Positions 63,301 to 64,000 of a DNA stretch of 64,000 bases are shown here, piece after piece; positions within the stretch are counted from its first letter, which is position 1, and each line of letters begins with the position of its first letter. The notes beneath the pieces were generated by a model. That model worked only from the letters and a program-made list of their open reading frames with translations, was not told the origin of the DNA and searched no databases. The DNA comes from Malacoraja senta (Eukaryota), in NCBI GenBank assembly GCA_038087875.1, contig CM075989.1:13456001-13520000 (forward strand), read 5' to 3'. The position numbers and the translations under genes are program-made.

Positions 63301-63510
63301 TATTTTCCCAGATTACACCGCAGCGGTGGCTAAAAAGTGAGCGGCCTTCCATGAAGTTAAGCGGCTACTCCGGACCTGCCAGGGCATAAAGTTTGGAATC
63401 CTGTACCCTGCGACTCTCCGTATCTCTTGTCGACCGGCCAAGATAAGCGGTTTGGAGACCCGTCGGAGGCGGTGGACTACATCAGGAAGAATCTTAAGCC
63501 CCAAGACTGA
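63301..63510 (+). mobile_element. L1-clade LINE ORF1 C-terminal fragment, degenerate
   Basis: IFPDYTAAVAKK*AAFHEVKRLLRTCQGIKFGILYPATLRIS resembles the fish L1 ORF1 C-terminal domain; followed by an AT-rich spacer. Confidence 0.75.
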
Positions 63511-64000
63511 GATATCGACATACTCGTATTAGCGGCTAACTGGTGTTGGCTAACCAGCACTGATAGCCAAGTGCTGGCAGCTAGTGCAGCGGACTGGCAA
63601 AGAGTCGAGTTGTAGGGTAAAGTTATGTTTCGAGTTTGACTTTATTTCAGTATTCAACTATCATATTCCCAAATTTACATGTAATGTTGCCTTTATTGTT
63701 TAATACAGATGTGTTTCAATAATGACTAATCCATCTGAAAAATATTTATTTTATATTCTATAAGGACACTTATTGTTTGGAAATTATCCTGATGACCGAG
63801 TTTCACAGACCTATAAGGGGACTGCTATGATAACTGATGTACAGAGGTTAATGCACATATTTTTCAATCAGAAATATTGTAAGTTCATTGTAATATAATC
63901 TTTATAAGATTATAGTTCACCCTGTGTAGGGCTTATTGTTAGAGGTTTTTTTTAATATGGTTATTTGCTACGTTACATTGGCAGTGGGGAATGCGATCTC

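Overview
Vertebrate genomic DNA, probably from a cartilaginous fish such as a skate or ray (inferred only from the CR1, Penelope, Rex1 and V-SINE repeat content). It carries the conserved GABPB1-HDC-SLC27A2 block. The + strand holds the last coding exon and 3' UTR of GABPB1 and a complete 12-exon histidine decarboxylase gene (HDC, 18260..38107). The - strand holds the last two coding exons of SLC27A2. The spliced HDC CDS is 1443 nt (480 aa). It keeps the PLP lysine, the catalytic tyrosine and the HDC-specific serine, but stops right after the catalytic core, so it lacks the ~180-aa C-terminal tail of mammalian pro-HDC. After a 200-N gap (46521..46720) lie a diverged tandem segmental duplication, a head-to-tail Helitron array and an inverted, internally deleted copy of HDC (exon 4, part of exon 7, intron pieces) joined directly to a Helitron. 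The rest is mostly transposon-derived: CR1, Rex1, Penelope (including palindromic mini-copies and hammerhead-like motifs), V-SINEs, a Tc1-type MITE, Helitrons and an L1 fragment. All homology calls are by-eye recognition; no database searches were run.
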